Positions 26,174-37,804 are shown, counted from the first letter of the stretch. The stretch: DNA of 64,000 nt from Candidatus Uhrbacteria bacterium (GCA_016206155.1 JACQSC010000001.1:5105-69104), one strand, 5' to 3'. The notes: generated by a model from the letters alone, not told the origin. Translations and numbers: made by a program.

Positions 26174-26377
26174 GTGCAAGATTTTGTTAGAGAGAAGCTT
26201 GCTTTTTTTGCTTCGTGCGACGCCCCTCTTTTGTTTGCAAAGAAGCTTAAGGGATCAAAACACATCTATCGTTTTCGCATCGGTAATTATCGCGCAGTAT
26301 TTCGTATTGAACGTTCGACCTGCATTTTTTTGACCGTGAAGGATCGAAAAGATGTGTATCTGGGTTTGTCATTGTGA
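26174..26377 (+). pseudogene. RelE/ParE toxin, probably N-truncated; no adjacent antitoxin
   Basis: KKLKG...YRFRIGNYRAVF......V.DRKDVY RelE signature. Confidence 0.65.
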
Positions 26378-26609
26378 TGTCACTATATACCACGACTTAC
26401 AGCAGGCGCGGGGGAAACGGTGACTGTCCCCGTTTCTACCCCGTTTCTACGACGGCTTATGGTTGAAAGAGTTATGCACAGCCGTTGCTTCTTGACGCCG
26501 TTTTTATCTGCTATACTGGTGGCATGAGGAAATTTTTCTCTCACATTTTTTATTCATACACACGGTGAAGACGCGTAAGTCTTCATTTTTATTTATGTCA
26601 AGAAACACT

Positions 26610-29600
26610 ATGACAAGAAAAGCGCATGCGTTCGTCTCAAAGGTCCTGTATCCGATAACGATTGCGTCAATGGTTCTGTGGTCCTTGGGTCCGGCGGCGT
26701 TTCCGGTGCCGGCATACGCGGCAATCACCAGAAACGAGGCTGTAGCGCTTGCGACAGGCGCTCAGAGCCTCGGTGTGTCAAGCAGCCCTACGGCGGTTTT
26801 TGGCTTGAACCTTAATATAAGCGCCGGAGAGACATTTTCCCGCGCGCGGGTGGTTATTGATCCAAGCAATAGTTTTGATCCATCAGGAGACCTGGCGGCG
26901 ATTGCGCCCGGCGCCACATCTGGCATTGAGCTATATGACGACGCCGGTGCGACAAGCGGATCATTTGATGCGACCGATCAGGCAATTATCAGCAATAATT
27001 CCATTATTCAGAATCCGCGATTTTCAAAATTAGCGCTTGGCGCCAATATTCTGACACTTGATCCAAACGTTGACACCACCCTTCCCTATATGCAGGGACA
27101 GCTGGTTTTTGCAAACGTGACGGCAAATGCGGCTTCAACAGGGGCTTATGCGTGGCACATCGTGACGGCGAACGGAACGGGAACCGGGGCGGGAACGACA
27201 TTGCGCCTTGACGGGAACACAACCGCCGCGCCGACCTTTTTGGCAAGCTCCCGTCTATCCATGATTGATACGCCTGCGTTTGGGAGCGGTTCGTTTACCA
27301 TTAATGGAACGTCAAACACAACCACCTATGCCTCAACGGCCGCAACCGCGTCGCTTGGTGATATCATTTATTATCAGACAGGTACAACGGCCGGACGCTG
27401 GGGGGTCGTAACTACGAATTTTAATGTAACGGCAGCTTCGGTGAACGGCGCAAATCTTGCGAATGGTACGTACAAAATAGCAAAATTTCCGAGCATTACA
27501 GGTTCATTTGTCGTTCCTGCAAGCGGCAGTTTCACGCCGACTGGTGCATACGGAACGACGACAACGCCCGTTGTCGGTGATCTTGTTCTTTTCCAGCAGG
27601 GAACAGGCGATGCGCGATGGGGCATGGTTACAAACAATACGTTGTCGGGGGGTTCATTTGCCATTAACGGTATGACGCTTGCGGCAGGAACCTATCGGAT
27701 TAGCACCCTTGATACAAGCGGGGGAAACCAAATGGGATTCCAAACCGCGCTCATGAACAACACCTCAATGTCAATGGCGTTGGGCGAACTTTCATTCGTT
27801 TTGACAACACAGAATCCTGCAGCGACTGATTATGGCTGGCACATTACAACTACGGGAGCAACGGGTGTGAGTGGCGCCGGCGCAGGAACGTTGCGGCTTG
27901 ACAATGCAACAGCTGCTCCAACATACGGATGGACCGCATCACTTGTGCCAGATATCGCACAAGCAGTTGCCGCAGATGAGCTCGGCGCGAACGAAGGAAA
28001 TGATTACTTTGTCGCAATCCGAACATCTGCCGGCGCGCAAAATGGACGGGCAGTTCGATTTATCATGAATCCTGGTGATATTGTGTTCAGCGCAAACACG
28101 CCCACCACAACGCCAACGCTTGTTTCCTCGCCGACCTATACTGTCTCGACAACCGCCCAGCAGTCGCAGTCGGCAGGGGCTAACACTACGGTCATGGACA
28201 TGACCAACGGATTTTTGCGACTGAAACAAAGCAGTAATTTTAAGGCAGTTGCGCGTGTTCAGTTTGGCAGTACCGATGCAGCAAAAACCCTGACATCCAT
28301 TGCGATTTCTTTTGCCACTGCAAACAGCACAACGCCGACGTGGACCGCAAGCGCGGCAACATCATCTGAACTCCTTGATCTTGCCGCAACCGGTGGAGGT
28401 ATTTCACTGTGGAAAGACGGCGGATCGCCCGGATTCGGTTTGAATGGCGCAGGCGATACGCAAGTGACACTTGCGGCAAGCCCGGTATATGGCGCAAGCA
28501 ATGCCTTTACCATTACTCCTGCAACAGCGCCGACCATCGCGTCGGATGATGTGTACTTTATCGTACTGAAATCCGATACGTCCGGTGTGACAAACAATAA
28601 TGCGTTTACCGTGAACATGGCAACAAACGCAATTACTACAAGCGGTACATCGCCGACAATCGGCGTATTCTCAACACCGCCGATTGCCATGGATACCACC
28701 GCGCCGACGATTGCAAGCGTATCTGACGTTCCCGGACAATCAACGAAGTTGAGCGTTCGATTCAGCGAGCCGGTGCAGAAAATTAACGCGGCCGGAGCAC
28801 TCACAACAACTGATTTGACCTATACAAATGACGCAACAGACGGATCAGGACGGACCGTGAGCTCGATTTCCCATAATCCGGGCGCGGATATTGCTGAACT
28901 CACCATGAGCGGCGCGCTTGTGGCCGGCGATTTTGACGGAACGCCGTCATCTCTTGCCGCCGGAACAAGTAAGATTGAGGATATGGCGGGCAATGTCATG
29001 GGAACAACAGCGCGCAATCTTGGCAGTCCCCTGATCATTACAACCTCGGTTATTCCTGCGACGTATGTCGGATCGGTCTATGACGCCACAACGCCGCTTG
29101 TCACATTTGCGGCATCCGGCGGAACAGGAGCAAAGACATTTTCAGGAAATACGCAAGCAGATACAGACGCGCTTGTCGCGCTTCTTGGCGCAAGTCCCCT
29201 TGCCGGGGCTACGGGAAAGCTCACGGGTACGGTTCAGCAAAATACCGCAGGAACCAGGAATGTGACGATAAAGGTGACCGATGGCGTAGCCGCAACAGCA
29301 ACAAAACAATTTACGATTAATGTCGCTGCAACGCAAGGAGGCGATGTTCCAGGATTGACAAATGTCACGCCGCCGTCAGGCTCGCAGGGCGCTACAAACC
29401 TATCAGTCGCCATCACCGGCACGAACACAAGCTTTACCAGCGCCAGCGCGGTTGCCTTTCTATTGAATGGAACGGCCGACACCAATATTACAGTCGGAAC
29501 AGTTACCGCAAATAGCGCAACATCCATAACGGTTCCCGTTACAATTGCGGCGGGCGCGGCAACCGGCAGTCGTGATGTGCGCGTGACAACCGGCAATCAA

Positions 29601-32600
29601 GTAGTCATTATGCCAAGCGGATTTAATGTCACCGGCGCGGTCGCGGCAGGGCTCAACCTTGTGTTCCCGACTGATTCGGCAACAGGCATTCAACTGCCCC
29701 AGCCGGGATTTAATTTTAATCCATCAACAAATACCACATTCACTCATTATCGCATTGTATTGAGCGCAACTCAGGATTTTGCAACGGCGCTGTGGAACTA
29801 TGTTTTTCCAAAGCCGGATACGCTTGGCACGAACGGAAGCCATTGCAGTGCGACATCGTGTAATGTGAACTATTCAGCGGGAAATTTTCTCACAATCACT
29901 CCCGCTTCGACGCTCACATCAAATACAACCTACTACTGGAAAGTTGAAACCTATCAGGATCCAACACCGACAACGCAGTTCGCGTCTACGGATGTCATTG
30001 AGCTGAACAGGCGGGAAAACACGCCGGTGCGAAGTTTTACAACCTCGGCTTCTGTGACGGATGTTCAGCCGCCGCAAATAGAACATCGTCCAATTGTTCA
30101 GGCGCGCGCAAACGCGGTAGCTACCGTGTACGCGCGTGTACTAGACAATGTTGCAAACGCGAACACAACGCCTGCCCTTGCCACAACATTGTCTGCCTGT
30201 GCCGGTACCGGATGCACGCCTTCGACATCAACACTGCCAAGCGCAAGCGCGACTGATGGCGTTGTCGCCGGAACGCTTGCGCAGAACGGATACTATAGTT
30301 ATGTTCTTCCCTCCGCGTTTATTACCGCGACTGTCGGAACGGTTGTGCGGTATTATATCACCGCTTCTGACGGTACCAATACGAGCAATTTTTATCAGTC
30401 GGGCGGGACAACGCCGTTTCAGTTCACAACTACGGCGGCTATCGCAACCAGCGGTGTCACGATTACCGGTACGGTAAAAGATACCAGCGATACGTGCGCC
30501 ACCGGCGTGCAGGGCGCGCTTGTGTTTGCCGAAGGGAGCGGGTTCAGCGCGACAACAGGCGCGGACTGCGCCTACACACTGGGTGCGGCAAATAACGGAT
30601 TGGCCGTAGGATTCCCATATGATCTTGTTGTCGCGAGGGATGGATACTCAACCCAGCGGAGAGATGCCGTTTTGGCAGGGTCAACAAGCGTTGCGGTCCA
30701 ACTGGGGCAGGGCGCTACCGGCGGTTTTGGTGGAGATACCACACGGCCCCGTGTACTGCGCTCAATGCCCGGTGACAAGATGCAGAATATGCCAGGAAAT
30801 GATTCAAACATGAGGATTTTGGTTGTGTTTGATAAACCAATGAGCCAGTCGTCGGTATTGACAAACGGCAACATGGTGGTCAATTCCGTGAATGTTCAGA
30901 CAGGGGTTCTTACAAACATTACCCCAAACGGATCATGGGCATATTACTCAACCTATACCATGCCGTTTGGCGGGACAGAATCAAATGTCGCGGTATGGTC
31001 GTTTACCGGCACAAATACATTCGGTGACAACAAGACCATTGCCGTAAAAGTGACGCCGAGTGTTACTGATTCATCAGGGAATGCAGTGCAGGGGAACCTT
31101 ACTGACGGGAGTTATTCGTTTTCGTTCACAACCGGATCAACCGCAACATCCGTTGGTTTTAACACGGCAACCGGAACGTTTGCCGATGGCGGAGTGTTCG
31201 GTCAGGGTCAAAATATCGCGCCGCACGTGACGACCACTGCGCCGTCCATGGGTTCGCCAAGCGTACCGCGCAATACGAAAATCATGATTAATTTCGACAC
31301 CTCAATGGCCGATGATGCCGCTGGTACGTATACGCTTGCAAGCGCGGTGAAGCTGTTTGAGGTGTCCTCGGCAGGCGCCGAAACAGACGTCACATCATCG
31401 GCAATAAACGCCGTCACGCTTACATCTGATAAAATGGCCGCAACTGTTACACTGAAAACAACCTATCCAAGCGCTTGCACAGGCGCGTCCTGTGGCGTGT
31501 TTAAGGCAACCACCCGTTATCGCCTGAAGGTGCTTGGGTCGGCAAAAGCCGCAAATGGCATGACCATGCGCGCCCCGGGACAGGAAACGCAAGTGGCGTT
31601 TATGAGCGACTTTACAACATCCGCGTCATCCGACACGGTCGCGCCAACTATTGTCGGATCTGATCCGACGACGAACGCGACCGACGTTCCCTCGATGCTC
31701 GGGTCTGTGAGCGTGTCATTTGATAAGGATATGGATTCCTCATCGCTTACGACTTCAACGATGACTCTGACGACCGGCTCAACAGCGGTTACTGGAACGG
31801 TTGATTATCGACCGATGGAGCGAACCGCGTATTTTATTCCTTCGCGCGTTTTGACGCCGACAACGCAATACACGCTCACTCTCACTGCGGGGGTTCGAGG
31901 AATCAATGGCACGGCAATTGCGGCGGCAACGCGCGCGTTCACAACCGGATCTGCCGACACGTCCGCGCCTACTGTCACATCACTGACCGCGGATGACACA
32001 AACATCTCAATATCATTCAGCAAACCGATGAACTCATCGCCGGCAACCGATACGACAAACTTTACGTCAAGCGTATTGCGTGTTGCCAGCTACACGGTGA
32101 AATACGGAACAGCAGGGTTCAACGCGGCAACTGCGGGTACAACGCTTACACTTCCAGCAACAGCACAGATTAGCTATGACGGGAAGAACAATTCTGTGAT
32201 GATTTCAGGATACCGCCCGACGAGTACCACTGCGGCACAAGTTCAGGGACAACAATTATATGTTGCGGTTGCAAACGCAAAGGACATCGGCGGCAACGCG
32301 ATTAGCACATCAGGGACTGCTCCGGATACGGCAAATACCAGCCGCGCAACCGTGCAGAATAGCGCGACGACCCAAGGGCAACTTGGGCCGATGACCATTA
32401 CCAATGACATGATGAAGGCGGTTGGTGATTTCAAGCCAATCACATTTTCCTCCGCAACATTCGGATTTGCGCCGCAAACAGAAGTACGACCGTTCAATAT
32501 GATGACCGGCACCACCACAATTTACGGCGTGCATTTGTCTCTCTCACGGCAAATACCGGATGGAGGCGCCATCGTGCTTACCTTCCCGCAAGGGTTTAAT

Positions 32601-35600
32601 GTATCCGGCGCAAAACAGGATATCAACTCTCCGAAACGCCGCGACATAAACGGGCCTGGCACAGGCACGGTCACGTTCAAGTGTCAGACGAACGTCGCGG
32701 GAATGTCGGCGAAATCCTGCGGAGGCGGCGCGGCAAATGCAGATGATACCGGAACCGCGCAAGGCGGCCTTGCCGATGACGGTGTGGTGGTAAACGCCAA
32801 CGCGCGAACCATTACCATTTATGTGAGCGGGGCAACCAATAGCGAAGGACATGATGTTCTTGATTTTGACATCGCGGGCATCGTTAACTCAACCGTTCCA
32901 AAGGACTTCAACACGACCGGCTATACCGTCAGCATCGCGACAAAGAACGGTACGACAAATCTTGAAACACTGAGCTCCGTGCCATTTTTTATCCAGTCGG
33001 CAGGGACTACCACCTATACGCTCACCGGAACGATTACGGCGACAAACAACGATCAAAACGGGACAATATCGGTATTCCTTGACTCGCCGATGACCGGCCC
33101 GCTTGAGGCAACGTCCGCGGATTTTGCCGGCGGGCAAACAGCAACATATTCATTTACCAATCTTCCGCCCGGTGATTATGGATTGAGAACAGAACCGTAC
33201 GTAAAGATTAATGATACGACTGAATTCCTTGGGAAATTTCCTGAGCGTGTGATGATGAGCGCAAACACCGTGCGCAATTTTACGCTCTCAAGCGCAACTG
33301 CCGCAGGCACCGGAACCTCCGTGACCGTTTCCGTAGACGGACCCTCAAGCGAACCCATTGATATTTTCGCAAATGGCCCGGCCGGATTCCGCGTAATGCA
33401 AAAGACGCTTGATACCAATGCCGGCGCTGAAAACTTTACGATTCGCCTGTCAAATGGCGATTGGTTCCTTGGCGTCGGACCGCAAATGCCAAAAGGACAG
33501 ATGTCTGGCCCGCCGCCTTCGCCGAGCTATCTCCCGCCGCGGCCGGTCAATATCCGTATTAACGGCGGTGTATGTACCATTGAGGGAACTGAGACGTGCA
33601 CCAAGGCATTCACGTTGACCGCATCAACAAAACAAATACGTGGCGTTGTAAAGGATCTTGCGAATAAAGTTATTGCAAACGCGGAAGTGTATGCGTATTC
33701 TCCCGCGGGAGCATCAATGGGAAACTTCGCGAAAACAGATACGACAGGAACGTTCATCCTGAACATCACCGAAGGCGTATTTAATGTCGGCGCCATGATT
33801 CAGGGTATGCCGCCTTCAAAAGAAGTGCCGGTTGAGGTAACAAGCCACACTACGACCTATCTCAAGATAGACGGAGCCCAAGCAGCGATTAGGCCTGACG
33901 CGGCCGCGACGGCGTTCGTGTTGAAACTCGCAAAGCCTGATTATACGATTTCGGGAAAAGTGACTGACGGAACAAATGTCATCAATGGAGCGTCAGTGTA
34001 TGCGTATAAGCAGGGGGCGCCGGGACACGCAACGGCTCCGACAGATAGCTCCGGCAATTATTCACTCTTCGTGTCAACGGGTACATGGAAGGTCGGGGTC
34101 TTTTTGCCGAAATACGGAAATCTTACGGAACAGACCGTCACAGTCACAACGGCAAATGCGACTGACATCAATTTCTCACCAACAGGAACCGGAACATTCT
34201 ATGCCGTGTCAGGAACCGTGACTGTTGGCGGCGTTGCCCGAGAGGGGGCGCAGGTGCGTATTAAGAACAGCGGCTATTTTAATGACACACGTACCGATTC
34301 ACTTGGCGCGTACAGTTTTAATGTGCCGCAAGGGACAGGATACATTGTTGACGGATTTGTGCCGGGTGTAGGAGAGCTCGCGCCATTGACGGCATTTGAT
34401 GTTTCAGCAGCAGTTGAGAACAAAAACCTTACGGTCGCGACGTTGCGCACCATCACCATGACATTCTCCTCATCGGTGGCAAATGCGTTTGTTGAACTTC
34501 GCTCAACAACAGGATCAAACATTAGAAAGCAGATAAAGAATTCGACAACCGGAACGCTGTCCGCGCCTGACGGGAGCTATATCGTGAATGTCGATCTTCA
34601 GGGCGCGCCGATTCCGTTTACAGCCGTTGCCGCAACTGACGGAAATACAACATACGCAAGCGCAACGGGCGTTGTGACGGTGAATGGCGATGAGGGCCTT
34701 ACGGTTACAGTTCCCACCCTTCGAGCGCTTACCATTACTGTTCAAGATGGATCAAGTGTGGCACTGGCAGATGCATGGGTTGAACTTATGAATCCGACCA
34801 GCGGTGAACATTTCGGAAGCAAAACAGGAACAAATGGTCAGGCAACACTGCGCGCGGCTGACGGCACATACTTTATTAATGCAATGAAACCGGGGTATTA
34901 CCGTGCGCCGACATCGCTTACGGTGAGCGCGAACGCAGCCCAGACACTTACGCTTACGGCAGCGACACGAACCATAGCAGGAACCGTATATATCGGATCA
35001 ACGGGTGCCGCGAATTCGTTTGTACGCGCCGAAAAGCAGGGTGGCGGGTTTGGCGGAGCAATGACAGACGCAAACGGACAGTATACGCTCTCTGTGGCAG
35101 AAGGAATATGGAGAGTATTCGCAAAAGCTGAAGGATATGCGGAAGCGGAACTGAGCGCCACCGTTGATACAACAACCGCATCGGCGACCGGCAAAGATAT
35201 TACCCTTACTACAACCGTTACGGTGTCAGCGCCTAAGTCAAAGCCGATGACGCCGTCAACCGGCGGCAGTATTGAAGATACATCAGCAGGCATTAAAGTG
35301 AATGTGCCGGCAAACGCGCTTGGCAGTTCATCGTCAGCCGGAAACATGCAGGTAAAGAAAACAACGAACTTTACCAAAACAGAAACCGCGCGACCGGTCG
35401 CGGCAGTAGAGATTAGCGCGACTGACGCAAATGGCACGCCGATCAAAACATTGACAGAAAGCGTAACAGTTGAATTGAGTTACACAAAAGCAGAACTCGC
35501 GACAACAGCATCCTCTTCAGATACATCCATTAATACAAAGTCAGAAATTGAAAAACTCGATGTTGGGTTCTGGGATGAATCGGTATCAAACTGGACGACC

Positions 35601-37775
35601 TTGCCAACTACGACTACATATGTGGATTCAGCCGGTGCGGTTGTTACAAGTCCGTCAGAAGATCTTTCAAATGTCGCAAGTGTGAAATTAAGCGCGCTTA
35701 CCGATCACTTCTCCTTGTTCGCGCCGGTAGTCCCGACCGATCCGTCAGCGCCATCAACGCCAACAAACTTCGCGACAGGCACGGCGACAACAACAACGAT
35801 TGTCCTTGGGTGGTCCGTCGTATCCGGCGCGACCGGCTATAACATCTACCGGAGCACAAGCTCGACAGGAACATTTAGCCGCCTTGGTTCAGAGCCAACG
35901 GTTTCTAGCGGTTCGACTGGCACGTATACTGACAGCGGACTGTCCGCGAGTCAAACGTTCTACTACAAGATTTCTGCGTTGAACAATAACGGCGAATCTG
36001 CCGCGTCTAGCGCCCTGTCCGCAACATCAGCCGCCACAACGTCATCGAGTACAAGCTCTGGGGGTGTTGTCTCAAGTTCGAGCTCTTCCTCACAAACGAC
36101 AACCACCACCACGACAGCAACAGCCATTACCGCAACAAATGTCTCTGTTACCAACACAAACACGGTTGCCGTGGTGACAAAGGGCATAACAGCAAGCACA
36201 CTGGGTGTTTCGGCGATTAACGCGGCCAACCTTGAGGTAAAGCAAACCGGAGCGGCAACAACGGCAACAACGGAAAAGAAGGATGTCGCGGCGCAGCAGC
36301 TCAAGGACATGAAGAGCGTTGATGCGACCGAGAAAAAAGCTCAAGATGCTTTGGCAACTCTCGAGAGTATGGTCACAAAAGGTACGGTCGCCCCTCTCGC
36401 GCTTTCGCAGAACGTGACACGCTATGAGGTAAAAGAGAAGACAACCGGAAAGACCGCCTCGGTTACGCGCGTCGAACAACTGTTTGCGCCGACAAAGGAC
36501 ACCAAAGATGTTACGATTGTGATGACGGTTCCAAAGTCAGTGGCAGAGCGCGCTTCATTGCTTACGTTCACGGGTGTTCAGCCGGAAGTTTTGCAGGATG
36601 ATCCCATCCTTCGCTGGACCTTTGCTGAAGTAAAGGCAGGAGAAACAAAGGATTTGTCCTATCAGGCAAACAAAAATCTTGAGAAGCTTGAAGTAAAGAA
36701 TGTCGCCGTCGCCGCAGTGCCAGCATTCGTAGAGATGGCATGGGGCTTCAAGGATGGCAAATTCCAACTGATGCCAAAGACCGAAGCCGATGCCTTGCAT
36801 GCAGCGGCTGAAGCATCCGCCGCCGCTAAAGCTCCGGCGAGAGAAGAGAAGAAAGCTGAAGTTTCCCTTGAGAAAAAAGCCGCAGCCATGCCGGCAAAAG
36901 CGGCAGCGAAGCCGCTGGTAGCGGTAAAAGCACTGCCACATCTTTCGGCGAAGGCGGCAAAAGTTGTGACCAACGTACTAAAGCGCAGCGCTATCATTCT
37001 TCTGCCTGAGGCAAAGGGAGCGGCCTATTATCTCGACCCAAAGACGCAAAAACGGGCATCCCTCGGCCGTCCTGCAGAGGCATTTGAGGTGATGCGTTCG
37101 TTCGGAATCGGTATCACAAATAATGACCTTGAAAAGATTCCGGAAAGCACCAAAGAGGGCGATACGGCATTCGCCTGTAAGCACGCCGGTAAGATTTTCT
37201 TGCAAGTCCAGGCAAAAGGCGAGGCATGGTATGTGCATCCCGAGAATTGCAAGCGCTACTTCCTCAATCGTCCGGCCGATGCCTTTAATCTCATGCGCAA
37301 GCTTGCGCTTGGTGTCTCCAATGCGGACGCAGACGCGATTCCGACAAGCGAGAAGTCAAAACCGGTAACGCCTGCTACACCGGCGCAACCCGCACAGCCA
37401 AAAGAAGATCCAAAGAAGGCATCAGACAAACTTTCGCCCCTCGCGCGTCCATTGTATAGCGGCATGAAAGGGGATGATGTCAAAACGCTTCAGACCATTC
37501 TTACGCAGAAGGGATACTATACCGGTACAGTTTCTGGCACTATGGACGAGGCAACTTTTACAGCGGTGCGCCAGATGCAGTTAAAAGAGGGTCTGGTGAA
37601 GAGTGTGGCTACTCCCGGGTATGGCACCGTCGGTCCAGCAACTCGCGCATTTGTCAACAAGCTCTTACAAGTGGAGCCCGAACCGAAAAAGGAAACAACT
37701 CCAGCTGCGCCGAAGCAAAGCGAAGGCGAGGGTGAAAGCGCGCTTGATAAGCTCAAGCGACTTATGAAACAGTAA
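26610..37775 (+). CDS. Giant (~3,720 aa) secreted surface protein: Ig-like/Big_5, IPT/TIG, carboxypeptidase-regulatory-like repeats, FN3, repeat module and PG-binding-like C-terminus
   Basis: Signal peptide ending PAYA; T/A/S/G-rich; DTTAPT...FSEP/FDKPM repeats; ISGKVTDG..GA.VYA repeats; APSTPT..LGWS...GYNIYRS; GDDVKTLQ.IL..KGYY. Confidence 0.9.
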   Translation: MTRKAHAFVSKVLYPITIASMVLWSLGPAAFPVPAYAAITRNEAVALATGAQSLGVSSSPTAVFGLNLNISAGETFSRARVVIDPSNSFDPSGDLAAIAPGATSGIELYDDAGATSGSFDATDQAIISNNSIIQNPRFSKLALGANILTLDPNVDTTLPYMQGQLVFANVTANAASTGAYAWHIVTANGTGTGAGTTLRLDGNTTAAPTFLASSRLSMIDTPAFGSGSFTINGTSNTTTYASTAATASLGDIIYYQTGTTAGRWGVVTTNFNVTAASVNGANLANGTYKIAKFPSITGSFVVPASGSFTPTGAYGTTTTPVVGDLVLFQQGTGDARWGMVTNNTLSGGSFAINGMTLAAGTYRISTLDTSGGNQMGFQTALMNNTSMSMALGELSFVLTTQNPAATDYGWHITTTGATGVSGAGAGTLRLDNATAAPTYGWTASLVPDIAQAVAADELGANEGNDYFVAIRTSAGAQNGRAVRFIMNPGDIVFSANTPTTTPTLVSSPTYTVSTTAQQSQSAGANTTVMDMTNGFLRLKQSSNFKAVARVQFGSTDAAKTLTSIAISFATANSTTPTWTASAATSSELLDLAATGGGISLWKDGGSPGFGLNGAGDTQVTLAASPVYGASNAFTITPATAPTIASDDVYFIVLKSDTSGVTNNNAFTVNMATNAITTSGTSPTIGVFSTPPIAMDTTAPTIASVSDVPGQSTKLSVRFSEPVQKINAAGALTTTDLTYTNDATDGSGRTVSSISHNPGADIAELTMSGALVAGDFDGTPSSLAAGTSKIEDMAGNVMGTTARNLGSPLIITTSVIPATYVGSVYDATTPLVTFAASGGTGAKTFSGNTQADTDALVALLGASPLAGATGKLTGTVQQNTAGTRNVTIKVTDGVAATATKQFTINVAATQGGDVPGLTNVTPPSGSQGATNLSVAITGTNTSFTSASAVAFLLNGTADTNITVGTVTANSATSITVPVTIAAGAATGSRDVRVTTGNQVVIMPSGFNVTGAVAAGLNLVFPTDSATGIQLPQPGFNFNPSTNTTFTHYRIVLSATQDFATALWNYVFPKPDTLGTNGSHCSATSCNVNYSAGNFLTITPASTLTSNTTYYWKVETYQDPTPTTQFASTDVIELNRRENTPVRSFTTSASVTDVQPPQIEHRPIVQARANAVATVYARVLDNVANANTTPALATTLSACAGTGCTPSTSTLPSASATDGVVAGTLAQNGYYSYVLPSAFITATVGTVVRYYITASDGTNTSNFYQSGGTTPFQFTTTAAIATSGVTITGTVKDTSDTCATGVQGALVFAEGSGFSATTGADCAYTLGAANNGLAVGFPYDLVVARDGYSTQRRDAVLAGSTSVAVQLGQGATGGFGGDTTRPRVLRSMPGDKMQNMPGNDSNMRILVVFDKPMSQSSVLTNGNMVVNSVNVQTGVLTNITPNGSWAYYSTYTMPFGGTESNVAVWSFTGTNTFGDNKTIAVKVTPSVTDSSGNAVQGNLTDGSYSFSFTTGSTATSVGFNTATGTFADGGVFGQGQNIAPHVTTTAPSMGSPSVPRNTKIMINFDTSMADDAAGTYTLASAVKLFEVSSAGAETDVTSSAINAVTLTSDKMAATVTLKTTYPSACTGASCGVFKATTRYRLKVLGSAKAANGMTMRAPGQETQVAFMSDFTTSASSDTVAPTIVGSDPTTNATDVPSMLGSVSVSFDKDMDSSSLTTSTMTLTTGSTAVTGTVDYRPMERTAYFIPSRVLTPTTQYTLTLTAGVRGINGTAIAAATRAFTTGSADTSAPTVTSLTADDTNISISFSKPMNSSPATDTTNFTSSVLRVASYTVKYGTAGFNAATAGTTLTLPATAQISYDGKNNSVMISGYRPTSTTAAQVQGQQLYVAVANAKDIGGNAISTSGTAPDTANTSRATVQNSATTQGQLGPMTITNDMMKAVGDFKPITFSSATFGFAPQTEVRPFNMMTGTTTIYGVHLSLSRQIPDGGAIVLTFPQGFNVSGAKQDINSPKRRDINGPGTGTVTFKCQTNVAGMSAKSCGGGAANADDTGTAQGGLADDGVVVNANARTITIYVSGATNSEGHDVLDFDIAGIVNSTVPKDFNTTGYTVSIATKNGTTNLETLSSVPFFIQSAGTTTYTLTGTITATNNDQNGTISVFLDSPMTGPLEATSADFAGGQTATYSFTNLPPGDYGLRTEPYVKINDTTEFLGKFPERVMMSANTVRNFTLSSATAAGTGTSVTVSVDGPSSEPIDIFANGPAGFRVMQKTLDTNAGAENFTIRLSNGDWFLGVGPQMPKGQMSGPPPSPSYLPPRPVNIRINGGVCTIEGTETCTKAFTLTASTKQIRGVVKDLANKVIANAEVYAYSPAGASMGNFAKTDTTGTFILNITEGVFNVGAMIQGMPPSKEVPVEVTSHTTTYLKIDGAQAAIRPDAAATAFVLKLAKPDYTISGKVTDGTNVINGASVYAYKQGAPGHATAPTDSSGNYSLFVSTGTWKVGVFLPKYGNLTEQTVTVTTANATDINFSPTGTGTFYAVSGTVTVGGVAREGAQVRIKNSGYFNDTRTDSLGAYSFNVPQGTGYIVDGFVPGVGELAPLTAFDVSAAVENKNLTVATLRTITMTFSSSVANAFVELRSTTGSNIRKQIKNSTTGTLSAPDGSYIVNVDLQGAPIPFTAVAATDGNTTYASATGVVTVNGDEGLTVTVPTLRALTITVQDGSSVALADAWVELMNPTSGEHFGSKTGTNGQATLRAADGTYFINAMKPGYYRAPTSLTVSANAAQTLTLTAATRTIAGTVYIGSTGAANSFVRAEKQGGGFGGAMTDANGQYTLSVAEGIWRVFAKAEGYAEAELSATVDTTTASATGKDITLTTTVTVSAPKSKPMTPSTGGSIEDTSAGIKVNVPANALGSSSSAGNMQVKKTTNFTKTETARPVAAVEISATDANGTPIKTLTESVTVELSYTKAELATTASSSDTSINTKSEIEKLDVGFWDESVSNWTTLPTTTTYVDSAGAVVTSPSEDLSNVASVKLSALTDHFSLFAPVVPTDPSAPSTPTNFATGTATTTTIVLGWSVVSGATGYNIYRSTSSTGTFSRLGSEPTVSSGSTGTYTDSGLSASQTFYYKISALNNNGESAASSALSATSAATTSSSTSSGGVVSSSSSSSQTTTTTTTATAITATNVSVTNTNTVAVVTKGITASTLGVSAINAANLEVKQTGAATTATTEKKDVAAQQLKDMKSVDATEKKAQDALATLESMVTKGTVAPLALSQNVTRYEVKEKTTGKTASVTRVEQLFAPTKDTKDVTIVMTVPKSVAERASLLTFTGVQPEVLQDDPILRWTFAEVKAGETKDLSYQANKNLEKLEVKNVAVAAVPAFVEMAWGFKDGKFQLMPKTEADALHAAAEASAAAKAPAREEKKAEVSLEKKAAAMPAKAAAKPLVAVKALPHLSAKAAKVVTNVLKRSAIILLPEAKGAAYYLDPKTQKRASLGRPAEAFEVMRSFGIGITNNDLEKIPESTKEGDTAFACKHAGKIFLQVQAKGEAWYVHPENCKRYFLNRPADAFNLMRKLALGVSNADADAIPTSEKSKPVTPATPAQPAQPKEDPKKASDKLSPLARPLYSGMKGDDVKTLQTILTQKGYYTGTVSGTMDEATFTAVRQMQLKEGLVKSVATPGYGTVGPATRAFVNKLLQVEPEPKKETTPAAPKQSEGEGESALDKLKRLMKQ

Positions 37776-37804
37776 ACGCTTCGCACGCGCCGCTCTATTG
37801 GAAC

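Noticed and set aside
27004-37483. Numerous minus-strand and alternative-frame ORFs of 60-180 aa
   Set aside because: Shadow frames of the giant protein with no recognisable motifs; the same applies to those overlapping other long genes.
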